From Escherichia phage AV128, in sequence record OR352958.1: a stretch of 64,000 nucleotides of DNA, one strand, 5' to 3'. This document shows positions 53,841 through 63,992 of this stretch, piece after piece; the stretch's first letter is position 1, and every line of letters starts with the position of its first letter. The position numbers and the translations under genes are program-made. The notes under the pieces are model-generated. The model was not told where the DNA came from. It worked only from the letters and a program-made list of their open reading frames with translations, and searched no databases.

Positions 53841-54980
53841 TTAGATACCAGTCATACGGACGACTGCGAAAGGACGCTTGAGCAGAACGCCTGCTGTTGC
53901 GTTTGCGTAGTCTTCAACGTAGCTCTTAGCACGTTTCTCAACGCCCAGAGTCATGAACTTAGTCTGAACCAGCTGGCTGAATACGGAACCATCGTCGCTT
54001 GAGCCATCAATTGAGGAATCGATGTGATCAGCGTACAGATATGCCACGTTCAGGAAAGTCGGGTCACTGCCAAGTGCGCCGTTGAGTTCCGGTGCAGATT
54101 TGATCTTCATCTTCGGATAAGTCTGGGTGATCCAGTCACGTACAGAAATACCGAAGTCAGTGGTGTTTGACAGCCAATCAATAGAGTTGGTCGGCAGCGC
54201 CAGAGTCATATCAACCTTCTCTGGATCAATCTGGTCCTGAGAGTTGACACGGATTTGACGAACCATCAAACGGATGTCTGCAGTCACCTGTTGGAAGGTC
54301 GCAGTGGCCCAGCCGGAAGTGGTGTTTGAAGTCATCGCTGCTGGCAGGTTTGGATCATTCAGGAAGCCGAACGTGCGGTTGTTCCCGTTGTACCAGCCAT
54401 AGAAGCCGATTGCGTTACGCATGATTTCCAGAGATACAGCAGCCTGCTGGCGCTTGGTCTCTGCGGAGTTCAGACGCATCGCAGACGCGCGACCTTCTTC
54501 CAGCATACCGACTGCCATGCCCATTTCACCGCGAACGATGGAACGTCGCTCAAAGTTTACGTTCCAGCTTGCCAGAGGAATAGAGGTGAAATCACCATAT
54601 TCAACTGCGGTGCCAGCTGGTTCAACGATGCCCTGAACGATTTCCGCATCTTCCCACTGACCAACGGTGTCAATGCCAACCAGCTCGTCGATTTTACGAG
54701 CAGCGGTCATGATTTTGACGAAGCCAGGCAGCCACTGTTGCAGGAACTGCAGCGGGGTCGGGATTGATGGCGTGGTCTGCGGCGCAGTAAACGCGGCGTC
54801 ACCTACGCGGAAAGCGCCTGCACGGTTTAAGTGCTCAATCTGATCACGCACAATCGCGGAATCAAACACAATACCGATACGAGCAAGCTGGGAAACAGCC
54901 GCGTCGGTGACGGATTGCATATCAAAAGGGCGCACCTTGCTCGCTGGGAGGCGAGAGTGTGTTTGGCTAATGCGAGTCAT
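53841..54980 (-). CDS. major capsid protein
   Basis: 379 aa, follows protease/scaffold and a small structural gene; typical size and order. Confidence 0.55.
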   Translation of the reverse strand: MTRISQTHSRLPASKVRPFDMQSVTDAAVSQLARIGIVFDSAIVRDQIEHLNRAGAFRVGDAAFTAPQTTPSIPTPLQFLQQWLPGFVKIMTAARKIDELVGIDTVGQWEDAEIVQGIVEPAGTAVEYGDFTSIPLASWNVNFERRSIVRGEMGMAVGMLEEGRASAMRLNSAETKRQQAAVSLEIMRNAIGFYGWYNGNNRTFGFLNDPNLPAAMTSNTTSGWATATFQQVTADIRLMVRQIRVNSQDQIDPEKVDMTLALPTNSIDWLSNTTDFGISVRDWITQTYPKMKIKSAPELNGALGSDPTFLNVAYLYADHIDSSIDGSSDDGSVFSQLVQTKFMTLGVEKRAKSYVEDYANATAGVLLKRPFAVVRMTGI

Positions 54981-54994
54981 TATTCACCTGCCTA

Positions 54995-55612
54995 TTAACG
55001 AGTCAATTGTACAATGGTATAAGTGGAAGACTGGACGCTTGGGCCGGAAAGGGCAATAGTCGTCGGGTCAATCACAATACCGCCTGGGATGGCAACCATG
55101 CCAGTTGGCAATGAGCCAGTATAGGCGATAATTGCACCAATAGGCAAGTTGTTCGGGTTGTTACCGCTGGAAATGCCTTTAGGTACATAAGCAAGCAGGT
55201 CGCCATAGTTAAGCGTCTGCGGACTGGTGCTTGGGTTGAATACTTCAACTACGAGGCCCGTGCACATATCGTAGAACTCGCCTTCGCTATATTGAGGCAG
55301 AACCATGCTGGCACCCAAAGGACCAGTAGAGTTGCCATACAGCGCGTAACGCTTGCTATTGCCGAGGATGCCGTAGTAGTTAGTGCCGCCCAGCTCAACT
55401 TCAAAGTCCTGCGCGCCCAAAGTTTTGGTTTGACCAGTACCCATTAAGGATACGTCAGTCTTAAAACCGAACACACGGCTGATGGCGTTTACGTTTGCGC
55501 CTTCGTTAGCGTTGGCAATTCGGCCTGGCTTCCCACGCTGTGGGCCGTCGCGAACGATGTCGCCAGGAAAGCCAGTTGTATATTGACGGCCTACACTAGT
55601 TTGGAAAGTCAT
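54995..55612 (-). CDS. capsid-associated structural protein (decoration or scaffold-like)
   Basis: Gly-rich ~205 aa between protease/scaffold and capsid genes; start trimmed to MTFQTSVG. Confidence 0.4.
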   Translation of the reverse strand: MTFQTSVGRQYTTGFPGDIVRDGPQRGKPGRIANANEGANVNAISRVFGFKTDVSLMGTGQTKTLGAQDFEVELGGTNYYGILGNSKRYALYGNSTGPLGASMVLPQYSEGEFYDMCTGLVVEVFNPSTSPQTLNYGDLLAYVPKGISSGNNPNNLPIGAIIAYTGSLPTGMVAIPGGIVIDPTTIALSGPSVQSSTYTIVQLTR

Positions 55613-55614
55613 GT

Positions 55615-57033
55615 TTATTCCCCTTTCAACCAAGCTTCAAATGCTTCGTCAGTTGCTGCAGAATCCGCAGCAGCCTTTTGTTTTGCGACTACACGCTGTT
55701 TTTGACCGTGTTCAACGCCGCGCAGATAATTATCCACCACGTCAAACTCAGCACCATCAACGCACTTCAAGCCTAACTTTTTAGCGCCATATTTCGCTAC
55801 GGACTTGGAGTCCATAGTTGCATGATCAAAGGCACCAACAACTTTAGACAGGCGCTGGTAGAGGCTATTCTTACGAGCAGAATCAGCGTAGAAAGCAGCA
55901 ACTGCTGAATCAGATGCCATTGAGTGTTCCCCTTTTGCTGGACCTGGCGACGCTTTCGCCGCTTTTGTCGGTTTGTCATCTTTTTCGACCGAAGCCCCCT
56001 TTACGTTGCTGTTTTGCAGGCCGCTAACCACATCTTCAGCTTTGTCGCAAGGTGATACATCTTCAGCCTTGACTTCAACTTCTTCGTCTTTGACTTCGGC
56101 TTCAACTTCTTCTTCATCACCTACCGCGCCACCTTTCAGTTTTGCAATAAGTGCTTCGATTTGGCTGATCAGTTGCGGAAGCTCGCCGTCAGCGTGAGAT
56201 TCAGTTTCAACTTCAAACTTCTCTTCACCTTCTGGAGTCTCTTCAGCTTCTGCTTTAACTTCTGGATCAACCATCACTTCTTCATGTTCTTCGGTTGAAT
56301 CCTTCTCTTCTGCTTTCACTTCGACTTCGTCCTGATGAGCAGCTTCGGTGCTCTCTTCATTCAGAAATTGTTCGAGCGCAGGGATCAGTGATTTCAGCTG
56401 TTCAACAGCATTATCACGCGCTTTACCTTTTAACGGTTTTGGCATGTCTAAATCCTCGTTGGATGGTGTTACAGTCGTCAAACAAAGATGGTCAAAGCAA
56501 CGACCATCCAGCACCCGTGCACCTGGTACTCGACCAACGTCCACGAGAGCAATGTGGTTGCCGCGAAGAGTTGTCTGTACCACTTCATACGGCTGCCCGT
56601 CAAACTCTCCAGACTGTATGATGAATTCACAGTCATAGCCCAAAGACAAGTCAACCTTTCCAGAATCGATGGCCTTCTTCAGACGGCGGCTAAAAACTTT
56701 GAGGTCGCCGCGCATCCATGGCTTGTCATAATAAACATTGCCAGTTAGAACGCCATCAACACCATACTCTTCGGGTGCTGTGTTATCCTCATCACCTTCG
56801 AATCCAGAAAGCATTTCGTGATTGTCGATGAAAGGGATATTTTTGAATGAATCTATCGCTTCGGGGTCTTTCACCGCTGACTCTGGGCGATAAACTTTTA
56901 CGATGCGATTCGGATCACCATCAAGTCCAACCTGACCTGCAGAATAGTCAAAAATGCCAAATGACGAAATGGGACAACCCACAATCGTCAAGAATCCATT
57001 TTTGTCAATTTCGCGTGCCGTTTGCATTCGCAT
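55615..57033 (-). CDS. prohead protease / scaffold fusion-like protein
   Basis: N-terminal globular domain then long Glu/Lys/Val-rich acidic coiled coil; ATG with GAGGGTGG upstream. Confidence 0.45.
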   Translation of the reverse strand: MRMQTAREIDKNGFLTIVGCPISSFGIFDYSAGQVGLDGDPNRIVKVYRPESAVKDPEAIDSFKNIPFIDNHEMLSGFEGDEDNTAPEEYGVDGVLTGNVYYDKPWMRGDLKVFSRRLKKAIDSGKVDLSLGYDCEFIIQSGEFDGQPYEVVQTTLRGNHIALVDVGRVPGARVLDGRCFDHLCLTTVTPSNEDLDMPKPLKGKARDNAVEQLKSLIPALEQFLNEESTEAAHQDEVEVKAEEKDSTEEHEEVMVDPEVKAEAEETPEGEEKFEVETESHADGELPQLISQIEALIAKLKGGAVGDEEEVEAEVKDEEVEVKAEDVSPCDKAEDVVSGLQNSNVKGASVEKDDKPTKAAKASPGPAKGEHSMASDSAVAAFYADSARKNSLYQRLSKVVGAFDHATMDSKSVAKYGAKKLGLKCVDGAEFDVVDNYLRGVEHGQKQRVVAKQKAAADSAATDEAFEAWLKGE

Positions 57034-57143
57034 CCACCCTCAAATAAGTATTGTGTATTATATCTAATGAAAAAAACTTAGGCAAACAATAATTATGGTT
57101 TGAATATGTATAACAACCGATATAGCCGCGCCTTAATTAGTGT

Positions 57144-57425
57144 GATACGGATGATACGGATAAAATGAGGCGTATTTTTATCCGTATCGGTGTATAAGCC
57201 GCGCTATCACTGGTGTGCTACGGATGATACGGATGATACGGATACTTTTCATATATAAGAGTTTATAAAAAAAATAAAATTAAATTAGATATATAATTTT
57301 AAATTAATTTATTTGAATTCCTATAAAGTATCGCGGCAACGCGTATCATCCGTATCATCCGTAAGATTCTTTTGAAAACAACTACTTACTTGATACGGAT
57401 GATACGTCATTATACGCGTAAAACC
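57144..57425. repeat. iteron/AT-rich palindromic element, copy B
   Basis: GATACGGAT units at 57144-57162, 57218-57245, 57392-57406 and rc GTATCATCC at 57343-57365 around an AT-rich core; homologous to 4657-4945. Confidence 0.6.
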
Positions 57426-57450
57426 CTGCGGCAATCCATTGCCAGGCGAT

Positions 57451-57588
57451 TCAGTGAATATTAAAAAGCACTCCAGCAACTAAAACGCCAATCAGCATCG
57501 AGTCGTAAACAGCCCATTTCCAAGAAAGCAAAGAGTTGCAATTAATATTTCGCACTTTAACGTAACGTGACTGAATAATCTTTTGCAT
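57451..57588 (-). CDS. micro-ORF, small membrane protein (45 aa)
   Basis: ATG with AGAGGAAG upstream; hydrophobic MLIGVLVAGVLF; below track cutoff. Confidence 0.35.
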   Translation of the reverse strand: MQKIIQSRYVKVRNINCNSLLSWKWAVYDSMLIGVLVAGVLFNIH

Positions 57589-57598
57589 AACTTCCTCT

Positions 57599-58519
57599 TT
57601 AGTTCAACTTAATTGCGGTGATCTGTCCGTAAACGGTAGATGTCAATGCGTCTGTGCATTGATAGTTTAGATACACATTGCCAGGCGCGGCAAGAGTAAT
57701 TATCTTTGTTGGAATATTGCCGCCGAAACGACCTGCAGCCCGAATGCCAGCAGACATCGTGAATGCATCATCCGTAATATCTGAATTACTTGTTGACAAT
57801 TTTACTGTAATTCCGGTATTCGCTTGAACTCCTTCTGTTGCGACAGTCAACTGACTTGCTGTCACAAGCCATTTCCCTGCAGGCAGGTTTAATGTTGCCA
57901 GATTCACCAGAGTTGTCGGAGGATTGCTTACACTATTGCTTGTGTTTTGCACATTGCTTGCAGCAGCGTTAAGAACTCCAGAACCATCAATTGATAGTGT
58001 CGTTCCTACTTTTACGCCACCCAAGGTTGATGCTGATGCAATCGGTAATGAGTATTGAGTAACACTAATTGTACCGTCACCTGCAACACTTATGCCACTT
58101 CCTATCTTGACGCCGCCGAGAACAGAAGCCGTTGCCGCTGGTAACGTGTATTGGTTGCCGCTGGATTTGACTACCTTAACGGCGACAGCATTCTTGGACC
58201 CTCCAGACTCCATGCCTATAATCACTGCTTCTCCAAAAGCGATGGTGATTGTAGATGCAGTTAAACCAGTCTGCACGTCTGTTATGTCCATTTTGGGAAC
58301 TGAAAGTGTCAGATTCGGCTTGCTGGTAGAATCGCCATCATTACCGATCATAAAGAATTGGCCGACTGAATTGTATCCAGATGCCAATGGCGGACTCAAT
58401 GGAACAATCAAATTTTTATCGGATGTAAATTCTGAAACAATCGCCAAGCCGTTAGCATATACAGCAGGCAATACTGGCGTCTGTCCAGATAGAGGAAACG
58501 TGCTGATTGGTATCGTCAT
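57599..58519 (-). CDS. fiber-like repeat protein (~306 aa)
   Basis: repeats ATASVLGGVKIGSGISVAGDGTISV / ASASTLGGVKVGTTLSIDGSGVLN; start trimmed to ATG with GAGGT upstream (track start 58588 is GTG). Confidence 0.45.
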   Translation of the reverse strand: MTIPISTFPLSGQTPVLPAVYANGLAIVSEFTSDKNLIVPLSPPLASGYNSVGQFFMIGNDGDSTSKPNLTLSVPKMDITDVQTGLTASTITIAFGEAVIIGMESGGSKNAVAVKVVKSSGNQYTLPAATASVLGGVKIGSGISVAGDGTISVTQYSLPIASASTLGGVKVGTTLSIDGSGVLNAAASNVQNTSNSVSNPPTTLVNLATLNLPAGKWLVTASQLTVATEGVQANTGITVKLSTSNSDITDDAFTMSAGIRAAGRFGGNIPTKIITLAAPGNVYLNYQCTDALTSTVYGQITAIKLN

Positions 58520-58526
58520 AATGACC

Positions 58527-59378
58527 TCAAATGATTGGTATTTTTCTGCACTTGCAGTGTATCGCCCATCCAGGAGGACCGATGTCACCCTTTTTGAACT
58601 TCAACTCTCCGCCCACTTCCCATAGACGCTTGTCATCAAGTTTGAATCTCATTCCGTCGACATGTTCATGAGAGATTCGCGGCTCCTTTCCTGCTCCTGA
58701 GTGCGCCCATTCAAATTCTTCAACTCCATTCTGGCGCATCCTTTCATCGCTTAGAACGCAATACAATTTGCTTGTCTGGTCTTTAGCGATTAAGTCGACT
58801 CTCTTTGCAGAGAAGTGTTTTACGTTTCGCAGCGCCGCCTGAATGCCTGACGTGCCTTGCTGGGCTGGGTCGGGCGAAGTCAGCGAAAGCATTACTGCTT
58901 CGTACACTCTGTTGTGAATGTCCTCGCCAACCTTAGTCACTAGAGTCGTGTTAAACGTCTCGCTTGTTCTAAGAGTGTTCTCAACGAATTTGTTATATGT
59001 GGCCTTTGGCGCTTCTATGCCTGCGGACTTAAGGCTTGCGAATGTAGCAGAAGTGGCACCCTTTTCGACCGATTTGATAAAATCAGCGGCAATCTTCGAC
59101 CCAACACGTGCAAACGCCCTTGCCCATTTCAGCTGCAGACGTTTCATAAGAGTCTGGAATGTTGAATCAGCAGAGTCTTGCGCAAAGAACTTCTGCACCT
59201 GCTTCTTTTCAAGCCACTCTGAAATTCCTGCCTGATAGTCATCAATCATCGCATAGCAAAGACCTTTCATCTCACGACGGTAGGCCATCGCAATAGCGTT
59301 TGATGGGATTATCGGACTGCCGCGCCCGATTCTATCGGGTGAGCGGCGTTCACGTTTTTTCGAAGCTTTAAAAGCCAT
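58527..59378 (-). CDS. head morphogenesis protein (MuF/SPP1 gp7-like), putative
   Basis: position between portal and head genes; basic N-terminus; start trimmed to MAFKASKK. Confidence 0.45.
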   Translation of the reverse strand: MAFKASKKRERRSPDRIGRGSPIIPSNAIAMAYRREMKGLCYAMIDDYQAGISEWLEKKQVQKFFAQDSADSTFQTLMKRLQLKWARAFARVGSKIAADFIKSVEKGATSATFASLKSAGIEAPKATYNKFVENTLRTSETFNTTLVTKVGEDIHNRVYEAVMLSLTSPDPAQQGTSGIQAALRNVKHFSAKRVDLIAKDQTSKLYCVLSDERMRQNGVEEFEWAHSGAGKEPRISHEHVDGMRFKLDDKRLWEVGGELKFKKGDIGPPGWAIHCKCRKIPII

Positions 59379-59379
59379 A

Positions 59380-61755
59380 TCAACCTTGCTTCGGTGAATT
59401 AGTAGGATTATTGAGTGCTCCGTATGCTTGAGAGCAATCACCCTTCAACCACTCCTTGAATGAGTTCACATCTAATTCGTGGATTGAGTCGAATCCGTTC
59501 CAACCGTTACCAAATGATGCTTGATAAGCTTCTTTCGCTTCTTCTGCTGAATCGAATCCAAGCATACACTTGTGTTCATCAAACTCGCCAGAGTAGTTAT
59601 CGTTTTGGTTCACGATAAAGACTTTCGGCGACTTCAGATTTGGACCCACAAAGCAGTCGACTTCATCACCGTCTGCGCCCTTGGTGCCCTTGATGAATCC
59701 GTAGTGGTGCGGCATCTTCACGGCCCATTCACCGTCAAGGCTGTTTCCTCTACGAATGCTGTTTCGCGGATTCTCAATGCCAAGAATCATTCCGTGCAAC
59801 TTCATCTTAGGTAATGATGCTGCGTCCATTTTACCCACGTTGTGGCGTAAGTTGACGACGTGTCCTTTAACGCTTGGAAGGGTAGACGGTTGCACCGACC
59901 GTGAATCTTTTTGAGGGTCAAAATCCACATCCTGACCTTCTTTCAGGTAGTAATCCGCAATACCCTCCAGACCTTCTTTCAACTGCGTTAGGACATCAAC
60001 CTGATGGCTTGATTCATCATCGGTATCGTCCATGTTGATTTCGACAGGCGCTTTGTCAGGGTTTTCCGCCAACTCACCACGCGCGGCACCCTCTGGCATA
60101 ATACCTGTTTCACTATAGAACTGGCCGCCCATCTTAACGACATCAGCTTTCGCCTGTTCAATATCGGCCTTACCTTGCAGGACTTCACCAGCAGACTTGC
60201 CAAGCAATGCCATATTCTCTGGAGACATCCCTGGGGTTTCTTCTGCTGCGTCTTCCGGCAGACGGTTGTAGCCGCTGTTTTTGTCGTCTTTGATGCGGTC
60301 GCGCTCTTCATCAGGAGAAATGACGCCAGCATCAATAAGAGTTTTGCCAGTGTTGGCTCGCTTATCATTGATTTCTGCAAGTTGAGTAGCAGTAAGTGAG
60401 CCAACTGGTTCCCATGCAACCTTAACATCGACGTCCACCCCTTCTGATTTGAGAAGGATTTTGTAATGGCGGTCGAGAATTTTTGTCAGGTCATGCTGCT
60501 GGCACGTTTCCAACTCTTCGTGATAGCTGACCATCTCGAATTCACCAGTGGCGTTAAAGCCTTTTGGCGAAGTCCCAAGCAGTTTGGTCGACGGAACTTT
60601 TGCGATTGCGGCCACTAGCTGGTACTGGTTCATGATGATGCTGTCGAAGTCTGACAAGTTGATGTCAAACTGGTCCATCTCTTCTTTTTGTCCAAGCACT
60701 TTGACTGCATAGTTGTCGCGGTACTTGATCCACATCATCAGACGTTCTGCAAAAGACCGCTCATTGGCAATCGCCTTGTCAACGTCGGTCCGCAGCGTGG
60801 TTGTACGCTTGGACATCGCCAGCAATGGCGCTTCGTTAGCGGTACGTTCAGCGGCATAGATGCGTTCATAAATCTGCTGAGTCAGAGGAATGCCGCCGTA
60901 AATATAAGTTGGCTTGAGAATATCAGCTGGCTCATCATTGCGCAAGATGATGAGGTGACTTCGATGATAACGTTGTCCGCTGATCACCCAGTATTCTGGA
61001 TCATAGAAGTGCTGTGATGCAGGGTCTGCGGTATTTTCAGACGTCAAAAATGGCATCATCCAATAAGGGTCAACCTGAATGATTCCCTTATAAGACCCCT
61101 TTGTCACACCATCAATGTTAAAAGGCTTGCTGTAATATTCTGGGTCATCGCTACGCACATCAAATATGATGACGCGGATACCAAAAATATTTTTGAATCG
61201 TTCGGCTTCAACTAAGTGCTCTTTGATATTAAATTCTTTATCAATTTGCTTTAGGCGTTCGCTTGCCTGCACAGACAATTCTGATTCAGAGCTTGATTTT
61301 ACTTCCCAACCTTTACGCACTGCATCACGGCCTACCATAGAGCAAGCCTTGTTTACCAGCCAGTGTTGCGCGATAATTGCGCAAGCTTGATAGCCGATAA
61401 ATGATTGCGACAAGTACCAGTTTTGCAACTGAATAGGTACTGTATATGGATTCACCTGCCCTTCTGAACTGATGTTCTTTAAGGCATTATCCATAACCTT
61501 TTTGGATACGGTTGCTGAATCTACTGAGCGACCTTTGATGATTGCAACACCGTCCCCGTTGATATCAGGCTCATACAAAGGAAAGTCATCAACGGTTTTA
61601 AAGGTCGGGCGGTTGCTTTCGGTCTTATCCCAGCGTTGACCGCTGCCGCGCCTTTCCAGGCGTTCGAACGGTGCCAATGGGTCGCCTGGCGGCATCTCCG
61701 CTGGTTCGGCTTCTGGTTGCGTCTTCTCCCAGAGTTTTATGCCAAGAATTTTCAT
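59380..61755 (-). CDS. portal protein with C-terminal extension
   Basis: about 790 aa between terminase and head morphogenesis gene; start trimmed to MKILGIK (AGGTGG upstream); C-terminal ~150 aa carry a pyrophosphatase-like DGDEVDC signature. Confidence 0.5.
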   Translation of the reverse strand: MKILGIKLWEKTQPEAEPAEMPPGDPLAPFERLERRGSGQRWDKTESNRPTFKTVDDFPLYEPDINGDGVAIIKGRSVDSATVSKKVMDNALKNISSEGQVNPYTVPIQLQNWYLSQSFIGYQACAIIAQHWLVNKACSMVGRDAVRKGWEVKSSSESELSVQASERLKQIDKEFNIKEHLVEAERFKNIFGIRVIIFDVRSDDPEYYSKPFNIDGVTKGSYKGIIQVDPYWMMPFLTSENTADPASQHFYDPEYWVISGQRYHRSHLIILRNDEPADILKPTYIYGGIPLTQQIYERIYAAERTANEAPLLAMSKRTTTLRTDVDKAIANERSFAERLMMWIKYRDNYAVKVLGQKEEMDQFDINLSDFDSIIMNQYQLVAAIAKVPSTKLLGTSPKGFNATGEFEMVSYHEELETCQQHDLTKILDRHYKILLKSEGVDVDVKVAWEPVGSLTATQLAEINDKRANTGKTLIDAGVISPDEERDRIKDDKNSGYNRLPEDAAEETPGMSPENMALLGKSAGEVLQGKADIEQAKADVVKMGGQFYSETGIMPEGAARGELAENPDKAPVEINMDDTDDESSHQVDVLTQLKEGLEGIADYYLKEGQDVDFDPQKDSRSVQPSTLPSVKGHVVNLRHNVGKMDAASLPKMKLHGMILGIENPRNSIRRGNSLDGEWAVKMPHHYGFIKGTKGADGDEVDCFVGPNLKSPKVFIVNQNDNYSGEFDEHKCMLGFDSAEEAKEAYQASFGNGWNGFDSIHELDVNSFKEWLKGDCSQAYGALNNPTNSPKQG

Positions 61756-61861
61756 TGTTAACGCCACCTGACAGTGAAAGGGAATCAATCTATATTATAA
61801 ATATTCATGTGTTTGTAAGCAAATGATATGTATAGTAATCATAAATAGTTCATAAAATATT

Positions 61862-61889
61862 TTGCTTTTGTATCATTTTGAGTTATATT
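61862..61889 (+). promoter_or_regulatory. sigma70-like promoter
   Basis: TTGCTT-N16-TATATT about 30 nt before ATG 61918. Confidence 0.4.
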
Positions 61890-61917
61890 TTAGTTAACCA
61901 AACGAAAGGAGATTGAA

Positions 61918-62334
61918 ATGAGCACAACAATTGTATTTGTCGTCCTTCATCAAGGCGAAGTAGTAAACGTATGCGAATATGAAGAGTCGGCAAAAGCCAC
62001 TGCTGCGCGATATGAAGGTGCCACAGTCGACCCTTGGATTTTAGATGCGCGCAACGTCTTGCAGGCGACTTTGGATGAGTGGTTGTTGGGTCGCAAGGTC
62101 TATCCAGTAGACAACATCGACTCCATTCAAGGTGAAACAGTATACTTTGAAGATGAATGCGTTCGCGGAATCGGCAAATTTATGGGATTGTGCCCATCTT
62201 CATCCAAAAATAAATTTTATCGTATTCAAGTTGAAGAAAACGATATGTTTGACAAAGTTACGCGCTCGATTGTTCCTGGCGGCGCCACTCCAATCTTCAT
62301 GGCAGAATCAGACATCAAGGGGATTATTAAATGA
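61918..62334 (+). CDS. hypothetical protein (138 aa)
   Basis: ATG with AAGGAG upstream; opposite strand to the surrounding late genes. Confidence 0.5.
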   Translation: MSTTIVFVVLHQGEVVNVCEYEESAKATAARYEGATVDPWILDARNVLQATLDEWLLGRKVYPVDNIDSIQGETVYFEDECVRGIGKFMGLCPSSSKNKFYRIQVEENDMFDKVTRSIVPGGATPIFMAESDIKGIIK

Positions 62335-62570
62335 GAACGTTAACCGAACTCGATGTTTTGAAAGATGTTGCAGCCGCGCTCGGCGTTGAAGTCTCCGATA
62401 AGTCGACACTGGGTGCACTGCGTCGCGATTTACTTGAAGCCGTCGACCGCAACGATTTTGACCGTAAGTGTTTGCAAAAGAAGATTCGACAGGCAGTAAG
62501 AGCGGGTAAGCGATTCCGTGCCAGGTCGTTTGCCGCAAGAAAACTCGACCTTCAGCACGGAATGCTTTAG
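62331..62570 (+). CDS. hypothetical basic protein (79 aa)
   Basis: track ORF overlapping stop of 61918..62334. Confidence 0.45.
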   Translation: MRTLTELDVLKDVAAALGVEVSDKSTLGALRRDLLEAVDRNDFDRKCLQKKIRQAVRAGKRFRARSFAARKLDLQHGML

Positions 62571-62573
62571 TTG

Positions 62574-63992
62574 TTATAGGTTAGAGAAGAAGCCGGATGC
62601 TGCAACAATTGGTTTCATCAATGCCATGATTGCTGCGTCCGCTTTGTTAGGAGATTTGACTCCACGCTTTGCCATATCCTTTTTCGATTCAACTTTGAAC
62701 TTGCCAAGTACAGACGTGTCTTTGCGCGGCGCTGACATTTCAAAAAGAAACGTCTCAATCTCTTCCGCAGTCCAAGCAGGAATCCCAAGTTCTGGAATGC
62801 CGTCTGTGTCGATGGAAATCAACTCATCGGTCGGATATACAGCCTGCCCTGTCGCATACTCGTATGTCTTCCTGAATCGTTCGGCAATCTCAGTCCATTT
62901 TTGCGCTTTTATGTTTGCGAAATGGTCTTTATTGAGTATTTCAACGTGTGGTAACTCAAGGAAGACGTCATCAGGATCATCAACAGCACCTTGCGCGTTG
63001 AATGCATTAAATTCGATTCTTGGGAATGTTGGATTTTCATGGATTGCATACTCATTAAGCTCATCAAATTTTGAACCAGCAAATGCACCAACACCGATGG
63101 CGTCATAGGTGATTGATGCGCCGAATGTCAATGCGTCTTTCCAGACTCCGCTTGCGGACTTAAGCAATTCATCTTCCAGACCTTCCCATGTCTTGATGCC
63201 ACGTAATACGTTGCCTGTGACAAATGCTGTGGCGTTTAAGTCGTCGCCGTCGTCCGCCACGTCGAAGCCTATACGGTTAGACCCTGACAAGCTCCACCCC
63301 AGCGTAGGGTGTTTGTGGAGGTTTAGCGCGGCTTTGACGAATGCACGGTTGATGACCGACTTATCGCCGCCTGTCTTCGGCACTCCGCCATAAACGTGTT
63401 CTGCCTTTTTCGGGTCGCGCTCATACATGCCAGCGATAACATCCAGCATTGTTTGCGACAAGAATGGATTGTCCTGCCAGTTAATCTTCTTAACGATGGC
63501 ATTTTTCGGCGGTCGCATGACAAAGTTCTGGTAGACGAAATCAGCCTCTTCATCAGGGTTAAATATGATCCATATTTCGGACCCTTCCTTACGAATTGTC
63601 GGCTCAATAATGTCCCATTGCTCTTCAGTCAGTGCATGCGCTTCTTCAAGCCAAAGAACATCAACACCTTCTGTTGATTTGATTTCGTCAACGTTGCGTG
63701 CGATACCGTAAAATAAAAATTCAGATTTTGTTCTTTTGTGTTCGATAGAGTTCTTTAATAAGTTGAACTCGTCTTTAAAATCAGAAATCTCTATTTTATC
63801 TTTTAATAGCGTATATACTGATTCAGAAATCTTGTTCTGGAATTGTCGAACGCAAAGGAATTTTAATTTGAAGTTTGCCGCCAAATAAATAGCAAAACCA
63901 GCGGCATCGTGCGATTTGGAAGATGCACGACCGCCGTATATGACTTTGTATCGCGCTTTCGTCTTCCAGACTTCTCTTAAAGCAGGATTCAA
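62574..63992 (-). CDS. terL: terminase large subunit
   Basis: N-terminal Walker A YGGRASSKS; 472 aa; adjacent to portal. Confidence 0.65.
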   Translation of the reverse strand: MNPALREVWKTKARYKVIYGGRASSKSHDAAGFAIYLAANFKLKFLCVRQFQNKISESVYTLLKDKIEISDFKDEFNLLKNSIEHKRTKSEFLFYGIARNVDEIKSTEGVDVLWLEEAHALTEEQWDIIEPTIRKEGSEIWIIFNPDEEADFVYQNFVMRPPKNAIVKKINWQDNPFLSQTMLDVIAGMYERDPKKAEHVYGGVPKTGGDKSVINRAFVKAALNLHKHPTLGWSLSGSNRIGFDVADDGDDLNATAFVTGNVLRGIKTWEGLEDELLKSASGVWKDALTFGASITYDAIGVGAFAGSKFDELNEYAIHENPTFPRIEFNAFNAQGAVDDPDDVFLELPHVEILNKDHFANIKAQKWTEIAERFRKTYEYATGQAVYPTDELISIDTDGIPELGIPAWTAEEIETFLFEMSAPRKDTSVLGKFKVESKKDMAKRGVKSPNKADAAIMALMKPIVAASGFFSNL

